From: a virus
Virus record (IMG/VR): IMGVR_UViG_3300026097_000010
Span: 32,001-96,000 of that record
Length of the DNA: 64,000 nucleotides
Reading direction: 5' to 3' (one strand)
Shown here: positions 27,064 through 37,100 of the stretch, piece by piece
How the letters are laid out: each line of letters begins with the position of its first letter
Numbering within the stretch: the stretch's first letter is position 1
Made by a program: the position numbers and the translations under genes
The notes under the pieces: model-generated
What the model was told of the DNA's origin: nothing
Databases searched by the model: none
Seen by the model: the letters and a program-made list of their open reading frames with translations, nothing else

Positions 27064-30000
27064 TTAATCTAAAAAGTAATTAACTGCTAACGGTATTCCA
27101 GTGACGCCGCCTCTAAATTCAAATGTGGCATTCATCTGTATAGCTACTCCAGTAACAGTTGTAATAGTATTTCCAGCAATATTAATAGATCCTGCTGTTA
27201 CACTGTTAACATTAAGTGATGCACCACCACCACCAATTTGCGATGCAATAAATGCCTTAACCGCTCGTTGAGTGGGGACTACGTTATCCGAATCTTCAGT
27301 AAAGAACGGATCTGTACTGAACTCTGTTACGGTTGCCGAACCACCACCTAGTGTTACTTCTCCTAGATTCAACTCCTGCAGACCTGCAATGTTGAATGCA
27401 TCTGCGTTCAATGTTGCAACACCTGTACTTTGTTCAATATTAAACAGATCACCAACTCGGAAATTACCATCCTGGTCAGTCGAAGTATAGAAGACCCTGC
27501 CGCCGTTGTTTTCAACTGTTTCGTTAGCAGGTATAGGATCCTGTGTAGGTTCTCCTGGATAGTTTGTTTCTACAAAATTACCTGTGCCGATATCTAAGAA
27601 GTCGTGTCCTGTAAGTCTAACCTGACTGTATAACGCTCTGGTAGTAACACCTGTTAAATGATCCGGTGCTTCTGCAACCGTAAGTGCAGGACTTACTTGT
27701 AAAAATGCTGTGTAAGTTCCATCAGTTTCACCTAAGAAGGTAATTACATTAACCAGTTTAAAGGTTCTGTTAGGCAAATGATCGAACACTACATTAGATC
27801 CGTCTGACGGTCTTTGTGTTAATCGTCTAATAGCCACAAACGATCCGCTTTGGAAGAAGTCGGCGAATCCGTCGCCAGTGTCAACTTCGGCTGAACCAGT
27901 TTGATATCCAGTTCCTCTATCAACAAATGATGGATTAGCCAATGCACCATTACTCAATCTTACACTAAACGGAGCTTCGAATATATTGTTCGGATCCGTA
28001 ATTGTCATTGTTGGTGGTGTGGTATACCCTGATCCTGGTTCTGTAATCAAAATCTGGAATATCTTGTTTTCAGCTACAGAAGCTCTTGCTCTAGGCTTAG
28101 CACCAGTTTTAACACGTACGGCATGAGTATTTGTTTCTTTGTTTAACGCTACCCAATAACCTACTTGAGAAGGATTTCCAAATGCAAGTGCAGAGAAACC
28201 AGTGGTTTGTGACGAATCTTCTTGATCGGTTACTCCTTCAAATGTCCAGTAGAGGCCGTTTTCTGACTTTGCAATGTTATGATAACCGCTCAACTCGGTA
28301 CTTGCCATTGTTGCAACAAACACTCCTTGGCCATAACGAACTTTTTCGTAACCTGCAGGATCAGTAGAATCGGGAGATCCCATAGTCATTGAAGTCCAGT
28401 CGGCTGTGCCAGACAAACTGTATGCTCCTGTATTGCTGTCAGTAGCAACAGCAATAAACATATTTAGACCATAAGTTATGCTATTCCAGTTAGACGAAGC
28501 TGGCATGTTAGCAGCTGTCCAAGTTCCTGTAGGATCAGTTGCATATGCAATTGCTCCTGTGTTTCCTGGTTTTACAGCTACCCACACTCCTTTTCCGTAA
28601 ACAACATCTACAAATCCAGTGCTAGGTAATGTTCCTGTTTGATCCCAATCAACCCCATCGCCTGATATAGCAACAGTTGTAGAATCAGTTGCTATCGCAA
28701 CAAACTTACTATCACCATATGCAACTGCATTCCAATCATCTGATGTTGGTAAAACTGAACCTAACCAGTTTATTCCGTCATCCGAATAAGCTGCTGTTGT
28801 ACTTCCGGTCGCAAGTGCGACAAATCTGCCTGATTTTCCGTAAGACGAACCATCATCTATCAATCCGTATCCAATTGCAGACCAAGTAGCTGTTGCCGGC
28901 AAGCTCATAGCAGACCAAGTTAATCCATCATTGCTATATGCGCCAGCATTTGATGATACAGAATTTACAGCAACAAATCTGCCGCCGGCGCCTGATCCTG
29001 CGGTATCAATATTTGTAATTGCACCGTTAGCATCAACCGCAGTAATTGTAATGGTAATGTCATTAGTACTATCTTCTCCTCCTAAATTTGAACCGTTAAT
29101 TGTTATGGTTTCAAGTCTAGAATAGTCTGTACCGCTGTTTTGAATCTCTATCAACGAATATTTGGTTCCGTTTCTGATCACTATGAATGATGCACCAGTG
29201 CCTTCACCGCTATACACATCCGGTGTTAGACTAACATAACTGGTCGCTGTATCACCGTACACAGCGTCTTTCCAAGATCCAGAAACAGGAAGGCTAGCAG
29301 TTTCTATTTCTGTTACCGGAGGAGTAAACGATAACGCAGGTTCTATAATATACGTAGTACTAGCATCAGGTGCTACTATAGTAGTTCCTGGAATAACGTG
29401 ATCCCACCCGGCTTGACCATCGCTTTCTCTTGTAACTGTAGCTACCTTGGTTCCGGAATTATAAGTGTTAATGATACCGACTTGTCCGACACCCGATCCG
29501 CCTGTTAATTGAATCCTCATACCTGGATAATCAGTACTGGTTTGTGGATCTGTGGCAGCAATTGTAATTTCGCTAAGAGTTCCTGCCTGCGCGGTATTAG
29601 AATTGGTAATATATCCGTCGCCGCCGAACTGTCCTGACGAGTCATCGCCAAAATCTAATAATCTAATATTATGAACAGCACCGTCGCGGAATTCATCTTG
29701 CTCAACAACCGCGCCAGCTCCGCCGCCCGTGATTGTATATGCCACTTCTGTGTAGTCTTGTCCTGCATTTTCAAATTCAAAATTAAATAATTCCGAACCA
29801 TCAGTGAAGATGTTTCCGATAGTTGCTTCAAATTGGAAAACATTATCAACAACAGCGGTATTAGGAACTTCTGTTTCGTCAAATCCTTCAGCAACTGATC
29901 CAAAATCTCCGTACGAGTTGTTACCATTAGTGCCTCGAATACGGCCACCATCTGTTGCAAGATAACCAATGTGTGCATAATAACTAAATACCGAAACAAG

Positions 30001-33000
30001 TTCTGCTCTACCGTTATTTGCTATCCAGGCACCGATGCCGTCGGAAATTACCTGTGTAAAATCATTGGATACTATTGAGTCGTTTCCACCGTTGTGCAAT
30101 GCACCGTCAATTTTTTGGCCAATTGCTCCACTTCCAAATGTTGATACTCCTTGAACGTATGGCGATCTAGTAATAATCCAGGTACGGAAGTCATCTGGAC
30201 CCCAACCTGGGTCTAGTGAACAATAAGCACCTGCACTAACGCGACTTGTACCATATTCATTTTCTGGGAGTAAGTCTCCTTGTAATCCATCTACAGAACA
30301 ATTACGTAATCCGGTTGCATCTCTAAGATAGAACATGTCTTCTTCATGGCTTCCTATAACAGCATTTGCATAATAGCGAGAAACATAACGAGATTCGTAA
30401 TTCGAAGTGTATCTTAAATCAAATTTTAGAGCATCAATATATGTATTAACATCTCTTAAACATAATTCTCTATTATAGGCCAACTCTAATCCCATAGATC
30501 CTGATGCAGTAGTTAAAGTTACTGGTGTATTCGAATTTCTGGCGGTAGCAATTGTAAAAGTAGTAGAACTAACAACATTTTGCACATAATATGTTGTATC
30601 TGCTTCGATGCCACCAAATGTTGTACCTGTAAATTTGATTGCGGCATTTCTAACTAAATTACTAGTATCGCCGATTGTAATAACATTTGTTGAAGCTGTA
30701 GTATTTGTTGCGGTATTACCGTATGTTTCTGTAATATAAGCTGACACTTCTGCAACGATAAAATCTCTGTTTTCTTCTAATTTTAGTATAGCATAATCTC
30801 TATTTCTAATATCAGTTTGACAAACTTCTCCTTCGTTCGAAGCACCGTAAATTATATTATCAATGATGCCTGCTAGATTATTAATTCTTGCAATAGCATC
30901 TGCATTGCCTCCTACATTAGCAACAGCGCCGTCATTGGTATTGGTTAATGCATATTCAATTGCTTCTCTTATAACCTGTTTTTGGTTAAGATTATAATCT
31001 GCTTTTCTTAGGTAAGCATAGGCTTCTTTATTAGTTTGATATGTTGAATTAAACATAAAATCAAAGCCAGCTGATTTTATTACCGATTCTACATCGTCTG
31101 CAAAGTCGCTACTATTGTATGTTAATGAAGGATAATTAGCATTTATCCAGCTAACGGTGTCAGAACTAATTGTTGAAGCTGCAGAGTTTAATGTACTATA
31201 TGCGTTAATTAAAGCTGTGGTACTATTCACTCCATCTGCAGGTGTAGGATCGGTTAAAGTAACCGACGTTCCGACAGCACTCGGGCCAGTATCAATTATT
31301 TCAATAATATCATCTAGATTATTTCCGACCAATGTAGCAGATGCTGCAGATCCTGCTGTATCTGTAAAATTAACAATTTCGTCGTTAAGAGGAGTGATAG
31401 AGTTTCCAAGAATTACATCGTTAACTCTTGTCTTTAAAAATCCAAGAGCGAGCAAGGTAAACGGTTTAATGCTTGCGCTAATGTTTAAACTGCCTCCGGT
31501 GCCTTCATAATAAGATAGACCGGTTTTCACAGATAACGCATTACCGTCATACGTTAAATCGTAAACCAATGCATCTATAATGTTGCTAATATTTTTCTTA
31601 AATTCTGTCTTGCCGTATTTCAAATTAGGGTAATTAGCTGTAAACCATGCAATAACTTCTTCTTGGAAAAATCTTTTATTTTCCTTAACTAGCTTTCTAG
31701 CATTACCGTATCCGATAAGATAACTGGCGTTATACCCAGTAGGATCTGGCAAATTATATGAGTTGGTAGTTTCAGTTTTAAGCTCAGACTGGAGCTTCAT
31801 TACCTGAATTAATTGCTCTACCACATCTTGTTCTACAGTATCGGCTACAGGAAATGATTGGTCTTGTGCTTCGTTATTTCCAGTTGTAGCTGATACCGTT
31901 GTTCCGGTAACAATTTTTCCGATAACATCTGTCAAATGATCAAATGTTTCTGTTGTATAGTAAGCATCTGAATAATCAATTGATGCAGGTTTTGGTTTAA
32001 ATCTTGTAGATCTTAATTCATCACCTAAAATTGCTGTGTATGCAGGTACCCTAATCGGTAGAGTTTCTAGGTGTTCGCCTGTCGAAGCTTTTACTAGGTA
32101 TTGAGGAACAGATCTGGCTGGTAATCTAGAAGTATCTTGATCTTCTAATGTATTAATTATAACTTGTAACAGCGATGCAAATCTTGTATCTGTGCCTGCT
32201 TCTGCTGTGTATTCTGTATCTATATACTGACTAGCAATTGCTGTAGAATCGTCCGATACATTTTGATAGATTGTATCAGGTGCTTCGTTATCTAAGATCG
32301 ATTGTGCCAAAGTTAACAAATAAGTATACGCCGCAACTCCTTCGTCAGCCTCAGCTGAAAGAGTTAAATAGGCTTTGTCTTCAGATTCGTCCGAAAATGG
32401 GCCTTCACCTAATGCATCAACAAAAGATTGAGCGGCGGCCCGTGTTTTTAAATTACCGCCGTGTCCTATATCCCATTGTATCTTATCAAGTACAATACCA
32501 ACATCTCTTTCGCATTTGTATTCATCGTAATCAAAAGAAGATGTAAACGGAGAAATATCATTGTCTATTTGATATCTTATCCATGCTGTGATTTCTTTTT
32601 GTATAAACGCTCTGTTTAATTCTAAAAGTCTCTGTGCATTTGGATTCAGTGCACCTTTTTCGATTTGCTCGCAAGCATATCGTGTTGTTTTAAAAGGCTG
32701 ATCCCATGTTTTTCCAAAAATAGGAGCAGGAGAATCTGTACCATGGGGAGCTACGTAATAGACATATTCTACAGCTCCTAAAGATCTCCATTCTGGATCT
32801 TGTTCGCCAGCTACTAGAACTTGTCCTTGATTGCCGACTGGCAATCTAGAAGGGCCAGCACCGCCGAAGTATATTAGATCTCCTCGTTCGACTAAAACAT
32901 CAGTTTCAGATCCAATTGCGAGAACGTTCCAATATGTACCTGTAGCATCCTGATCTGGACGACTGTCTGCATTACCGCCGCCTTCTGGATCTGCTCCGAT

Positions 33001-34101
33001 AGTTGATCCGTCATCGCCTTCTGAAATATGATTCTGTACACAAACATATACATTAGAAAGATATCTTACTACATCGCCGATTTTGTATTCGACGTCGTCG
33101 ATCCATAGTCCTCTCCAATTTAAACCGGTTGTAAGGGTGTTCCAATAAGAAATATTTGGAGGTTCGTTGCCTGTAGTAATTGCTGTACAAACATACGTGT
33201 TTCCGCCAAGCCTAACAACATCACCTGGCTTATATTCGGTGCCGCTGTCCCAAACTCCGACAAAGTTAAATCCTTCTGTAAACAAATCCCAGTTTGTTGT
33301 GCTGACAGACGGAACAAAATTTGTATGATTTGTTTTTGATATATATAGATTACCGCCATAAACGACTACATCGCCTGGTTGGTAAACTGCAGCATCACTC
33401 CAGTCGTTTTCAAACTCAAATCCTTTTACAAATTGATCCCAGTTGCCTTCTTCATCTGCAAAAGTTCCTGCTCCGGAGGTGTGCGGAGTTACACAAATCC
33501 AAAGTCCGGCACCGTATTTTACAACATCATTCTCTTTATATCGAGTGTCAATTGCCCATGTGCCTTTGTATTCAATGCCTTGATTAAACGAATCCCACTT
33601 GCTTGAATCTTCTTCAAGCCCTAAATTTTCAGTGTTGGCAGAAGTATGTCCTTCGTTACAAACATATGTGTAACCGCCATATTTTACAATATCATTTCTT
33701 TTATAGCGTGTTTCTAGATCCCAATCTCCTTTCCAGTCGAACCCTTCGGCATAAAGTGTCCAATTAGAGATATCATTTTCTAGTCCAAGAGCAACGGTTG
33801 CGGCTGATGTATGGCTAGTATTACAGATATAAAGTAGTCCGCCATATTTTACAACATCATTAATTTTGTAAGTTGTTCCGGTAGACCAATCGCCTTTCCA
33901 ATCTTGGCCGTCGGTCATTTGATTCCATTTTGTAGGATTAAAATTTAAATCTGTATCAAAATTTTCAGCAGAAGTATGCCCTACTTGACAAATATATGTT
34001 CTGCCGCCGTATCTAATAACATCATCTTTAAAATATGATGTTGAGGAAGACCAATCGCCTTTCCATACAAATTTAATTCTACCTAGTTTAAATTCTGCCA
34101 T
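27064..34101 (-). CDS. giant multi-domain virion fibre/spike protein (2345 aa)
   Basis: N-terminal W-x5-Y-x-x-x-DVV-x-YGG-x-x-Y-x-C-x3-HTS repeats (CBM5/12-like), helical repeats, beta-helix-like core (SNDFTQV...ELVSVF), W-x-x-V-x-YG-x-x-x-FVA propeller repeats. Confidence 0.8.
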   Translation of the reverse strand: MAEFKLGRIKFVWKGDWSSSTSYFKDDVIRYGGRTYICQVGHTSAENFDTDLNFNPTKWNQMTDGQDWKGDWSTGTTYKINDVVKYGGLLYICNTSHTSAATVALGLENDISNWTLYAEGFDWKGDWDLETRYKRNDIVKYGGYTYVCNEGHTSANTENLGLEEDSSKWDSFNQGIEYKGTWAIDTRYKENDVVKYGAGLWICVTPHTSGAGTFADEEGNWDQFVKGFEFENDWSDAAVYQPGDVVVYGGNLYISKTNHTNFVPSVSTTNWDLFTEGFNFVGVWDSGTEYKPGDVVRLGGNTYVCTAITTGNEPPNISYWNTLTTGLNWRGLWIDDVEYKIGDVVRYLSNVYVCVQNHISEGDDGSTIGADPEGGGNADSRPDQDATGTYWNVLAIGSETDVLVERGDLIYFGGAGPSRLPVGNQGQVLVAGEQDPEWRSLGAVEYVYYVAPHGTDSPAPIFGKTWDQPFKTTRYACEQIEKGALNPNAQRLLELNRAFIQKEITAWIRYQIDNDISPFTSSFDYDEYKCERDVGIVLDKIQWDIGHGGNLKTRAAAQSFVDALGEGPFSDESEDKAYLTLSAEADEGVAAYTYLLTLAQSILDNEAPDTIYQNVSDDSTAIASQYIDTEYTAEAGTDTRFASLLQVIINTLEDQDTSRLPARSVPQYLVKASTGEHLETLPIRVPAYTAILGDELRSTRFKPKPASIDYSDAYYTTETFDHLTDVIGKIVTGTTVSATTGNNEAQDQSFPVADTVEQDVVEQLIQVMKLQSELKTETTNSYNLPDPTGYNASYLIGYGNARKLVKENKRFFQEEVIAWFTANYPNLKYGKTEFKKNISNIIDALVYDLTYDGNALSVKTGLSYYEGTGGSLNISASIKPFTLLALGFLKTRVNDVILGNSITPLNDEIVNFTDTAGSAASATLVGNNLDDIIEIIDTGPSAVGTSVTLTDPTPADGVNSTTALINAYSTLNSAASTISSDTVSWINANYPSLTYNSSDFADDVESVIKSAGFDFMFNSTYQTNKEAYAYLRKADYNLNQKQVIREAIEYALTNTNDGAVANVGGNADAIARINNLAGIIDNIIYGASNEGEVCQTDIRNRDYAILKLEENRDFIVAEVSAYITETYGNTATNTTASTNVITIGDTSNLVRNAAIKFTGTTFGGIEADTTYYVQNVVSSTTFTIATARNSNTPVTLTTASGSMGLELAYNRELCLRDVNTYIDALKFDLRYTSNYESRYVSRYYANAVIGSHEEDMFYLRDATGLRNCSVDGLQGDLLPENEYGTSRVSAGAYCSLDPGWGPDDFRTWIITRSPYVQGVSTFGSGAIGQKIDGALHNGGNDSIVSNDFTQVISDGIGAWIANNGRAELVSVFSYYAHIGYLATDGGRIRGTNGNNSYGDFGSVAEGFDETEVPNTAVVDNVFQFEATIGNIFTDGSELFNFEFENAGQDYTEVAYTITGGGAGAVVEQDEFRDGAVHNIRLLDFGDDSSGQFGGDGYITNSNTAQAGTLSEITIAATDPQTSTDYPGMRIQLTGGSGVGQVGIINTYNSGTKVATVTRESDGQAGWDHVIPGTTIVAPDASTTYIIEPALSFTPPVTEIETASLPVSGSWKDAVYGDTATSYVSLTPDVYSGEGTGASFIVIRNGTKYSLIEIQNSGTDYSRLETITINGSNLGGEDSTNDITITITAVDANGAITNIDTAGSGAGGRFVAVNSVSSNAGAYSNDGLTWSAMSLPATATWSAIGYGLIDDGSSYGKSGRFVALATGSTTAAYSDDGINWLGSVLPTSDDWNAVAYGDSKFVAIATDSTTVAISGDGVDWDQTGTLPSTGFVDVVYGKGVWVAVKPGNTGAIAYATDPTGTWTAANMPASSNWNSITYGLNMFIAVATDSNTGAYSLSGTADWTSMTMGSPDSTDPAGYEKVRYGQGVFVATMASTELSGYHNIAKSENGLYWTFEGVTDQEDSSQTTGFSALAFGNPSQVGYWVALNKETNTHAVRVKTGAKPRARASVAENKIFQILITEPGSGYTTPPTMTITDPNNIFEAPFSVRLSNGALANPSFVDRGTGYQTGSAEVDTGDGFADFFQSGSFVAIRRLTQRPSDGSNVVFDHLPNRTFKLVNVITFLGETDGTYTAFLQVSPALTVAEAPDHLTGVTTRALYSQVRLTGHDFLDIGTGNFVETNYPGEPTQDPIPANETVENNGGRVFYTSTDQDGNFRVGDLFNIEQSTGVATLNADAFNIAGLQELNLGEVTLGGGSATVTEFSTDPFFTEDSDNVVPTQRAVKAFIASQIGGGGASLNVNSVTAGSINIAGNTITTVTGVAIQMNATFEFRGGVTGIPLAVNYFLD

Positions 34102-34143
34102 TTGTTGCTCCGTATAGTATATTTATTAGTTTGTTGTCCATAA

Positions 34144-37100
34144 TTAAAAAGACTTATAAAATATTGTTTGTGCTACCATTGTTCCACTTATTCCTGCTTC
34201 TGGTCCTATAAAATCAGCCCTTACAGGAATTAAATTTGAAAGATCAGCAACATTACTGATTTCTTGTGGACCTACTTTTACTGTGCCTGCAACAAAACTT
34301 GCGGTTGCAATTTCTGAGCCACCTAGAGTCAATCTAGATTCTAGATATCTTCTAATGGCTCGTTGTGTAGGAACAATGTTGTTAGAATCTTCCGTAAAGG
34401 TTGTGTCTGTAGAAAATTCTCTAATTACAGCGCCAGTTCCGCCTACCCGGATTCCCCCTAATCTAATCTCTGTTAATCCTCCAAGATCAAAAAAGTCAGC
34501 ACTAATTGTAACAATACCAGTAGATTGTTCTACAGCAAACAGCTCTCCTGTTCTAAAGTTTCCGTCTTGATCGGTACTTGCATAGAAAACTCTGCCTCCC
34601 AATCTTTCAAACACTTCGTTTTCTGGAGCTGTTAAAAACACTGTTCCTGAAACATACAAATCAGGATAGTTTGTTTCTGTAAAGTTTCCGGTGCCAATAT
34701 CTAAGAAATCGTGACCGGTAATACGACATTGAGAGTAACGCTCTCTAATTGACATTTGCGTATTATGGACAAACTGATCTCTTACTTTTAATTCGGGGCT
34801 TATACGAACTTCGGCAGTAAGACCTCCTTCTATAGAAGCAATTTCTGATAAAGTCACTAATGTATAAATTTCGTCAGAGCCGTCAAATGTTATTTGTGCT
34901 CCTGGCCCATATAACTTTGATAGATCGGTTACAGTGATAAATTTACCAGAAGGAATAATGTCGGCAAATCCATCACCTGAGATTGTTACATCTGTAGTCA
35001 ATGTTCTGTATCCTAATCCTCGATTTATCCAACTAGGCTGTGATAACACGCCGTCTGCTGTTCTACACAAGGCTTCAGCATCACTAGAACTACTAGGATC
35101 TGTAAAGGTAACTGTTGGTACAGTTGTATATCCCGAACCCGGATCCCATAATTTAATTTCTTGAATCTTTCCTGACAAGACAGAAACTCGACCTAGTGCT
35201 CTAGCTCCTGTTCTAATTAGATTTATTTTTCTAGAAGAATCTGCTAATGTAATCCACACCGGTGACGAAAGATCGTTAGGATTACTACCCGAAGGAGCCG
35301 ACGGTCTTCCGAACGCTACGTCGATCCAATTCTCTGAATCGATAAGTTCTCTGTTGGTCCATGTTACCCCATCAAAAGAAGTTACAGCATAATTAGAAGG
35401 TCCCGAACTAGGATCATCACCAACAACTCTACCGCCGGTGTCTCCTATTGCAAAAAATACACCTTGTGCATATCTAATTTTCTGCCAAAAGTGTGCTGTT
35501 GATCCATCTTGCGAAGGCATTGTTTCTGCTCGCCATATAAAGCCGTCGAAACTATATGCAATTTCTCCTGTTGAAGAAATTGCAACAAATCTATCATTTC
35601 CATAAGCTATCGATCTCCAATCTTTTTGCGTTGAATCATCAATAACATCCATGATATATGTTTCCCAAGTTATGGCCGAACCGGATCTAGTTCCTACCGC
35701 AACACTGTTATTACTGTTTGCAAGTGCAACAAATCTTTCTTTTCCGTATGCAATATCTATAAATTGATTAACTGTCGAATCAAATGCATCAGGAAGAGTG
35801 GTAGCGACCCAATTTATTCCGTCTCTTGATACAGCACCTTCATTTCCGTCATCTGAGACAGCTACGAATGCGCCATCTCCATACACAACTGACCTCCAAG
35901 GTCCGTTTGATGGTAAAGATGAACTAGTCCAATTTACACCATTATATGAATACGCAGCTTCGGGCGAACCGAGTTTCAATGCCACAAACACTTCTCTGCC
36001 GTTTGTTTCTTCTCTGCCTGTTGCTAAACAGCTCCATGTTCCGCCTGAAGGAAATGTTGTTGTTGACCAAGTTGTTCCGTTAGCCGATGTTAAACCAGTA
36101 TCGCTTCCGGTGGGAAGAACAACAAATCTTCCTGTAGCGCCTATTCCGCTAGATAGAAAACTAATAATAGCACCGTTATCTGTTGTGCTTAAAACTTTAA
36201 CACTAATATTATTATAAGGAGACTGTGCTCCTAATACAGACCCACTAATTGTATATGTTTCTCCAACTTGATAACCTGTTCCTGGTGATGCTAATGATAA
36301 GTTATAATCTCTTCCGTTTTTAATTATGTTGAATGTTGCTGCATCTTCGCCAGATTCTGCGCTGAGACTAATTCCGCTAAATTCCAGGTAAGTTTCACCG
36401 TACCCGATCGCTGTAAAATCTGTAGATCCTGGCATTGTTTCCGAAGTTACAGTAAACCCTGGATGAGAAAATGTAACTCTAGGTTCTATTCTATAAGTTG
36501 TTTGATTGCCTAATGTTTCTGATAAAGGAAAACCGGGTCTGACATGATCCCAACCTGGCTGGTCATCACTTTCTCTAGAAACAGTAACTACTTTGGTTAA
36601 TTGGTCATACGATGTTATATAACCGTATTGTCCCGTACCTGGGCCGCTTGTTAAAATTATGCGTTTACCTAAATAAGTTGCTTCTTGGGCTTCGTCATTC
36701 TGAGCAATTGTTATCTGAGTTGTATTACCATCTTGTGCATTATTCTGCACAACGCTATAGCCGCCTCCGCCGATTTCAGTTCCGATTGAATCTAGATCTT
36801 CTATTGTGTCTTCTAATCTTGCTTCAAATATTGCATTATCTCTAAAATCTTCAAATACTACTTCTGCATTAACCCCTGCACCTGTAAACTGTGCAGATGC
36901 TTGCGTGTAATTTTGTCCGGCGTGCTCCCATTCGAGTATTTGAATTTCGTCAACAAAATCTCCTGCAAATGTTTGTGCGATGGTTGCTTGCTGATTTCTA
37001 TTAAAGAGTCGTGCTGCTCTAGGTGTTTCGTCTGGGTCGACTCCGTCTGCTACTGCACCAAATCTCCCGTAAGAACAGTTTCCGTTTGTTGCTCTTATTA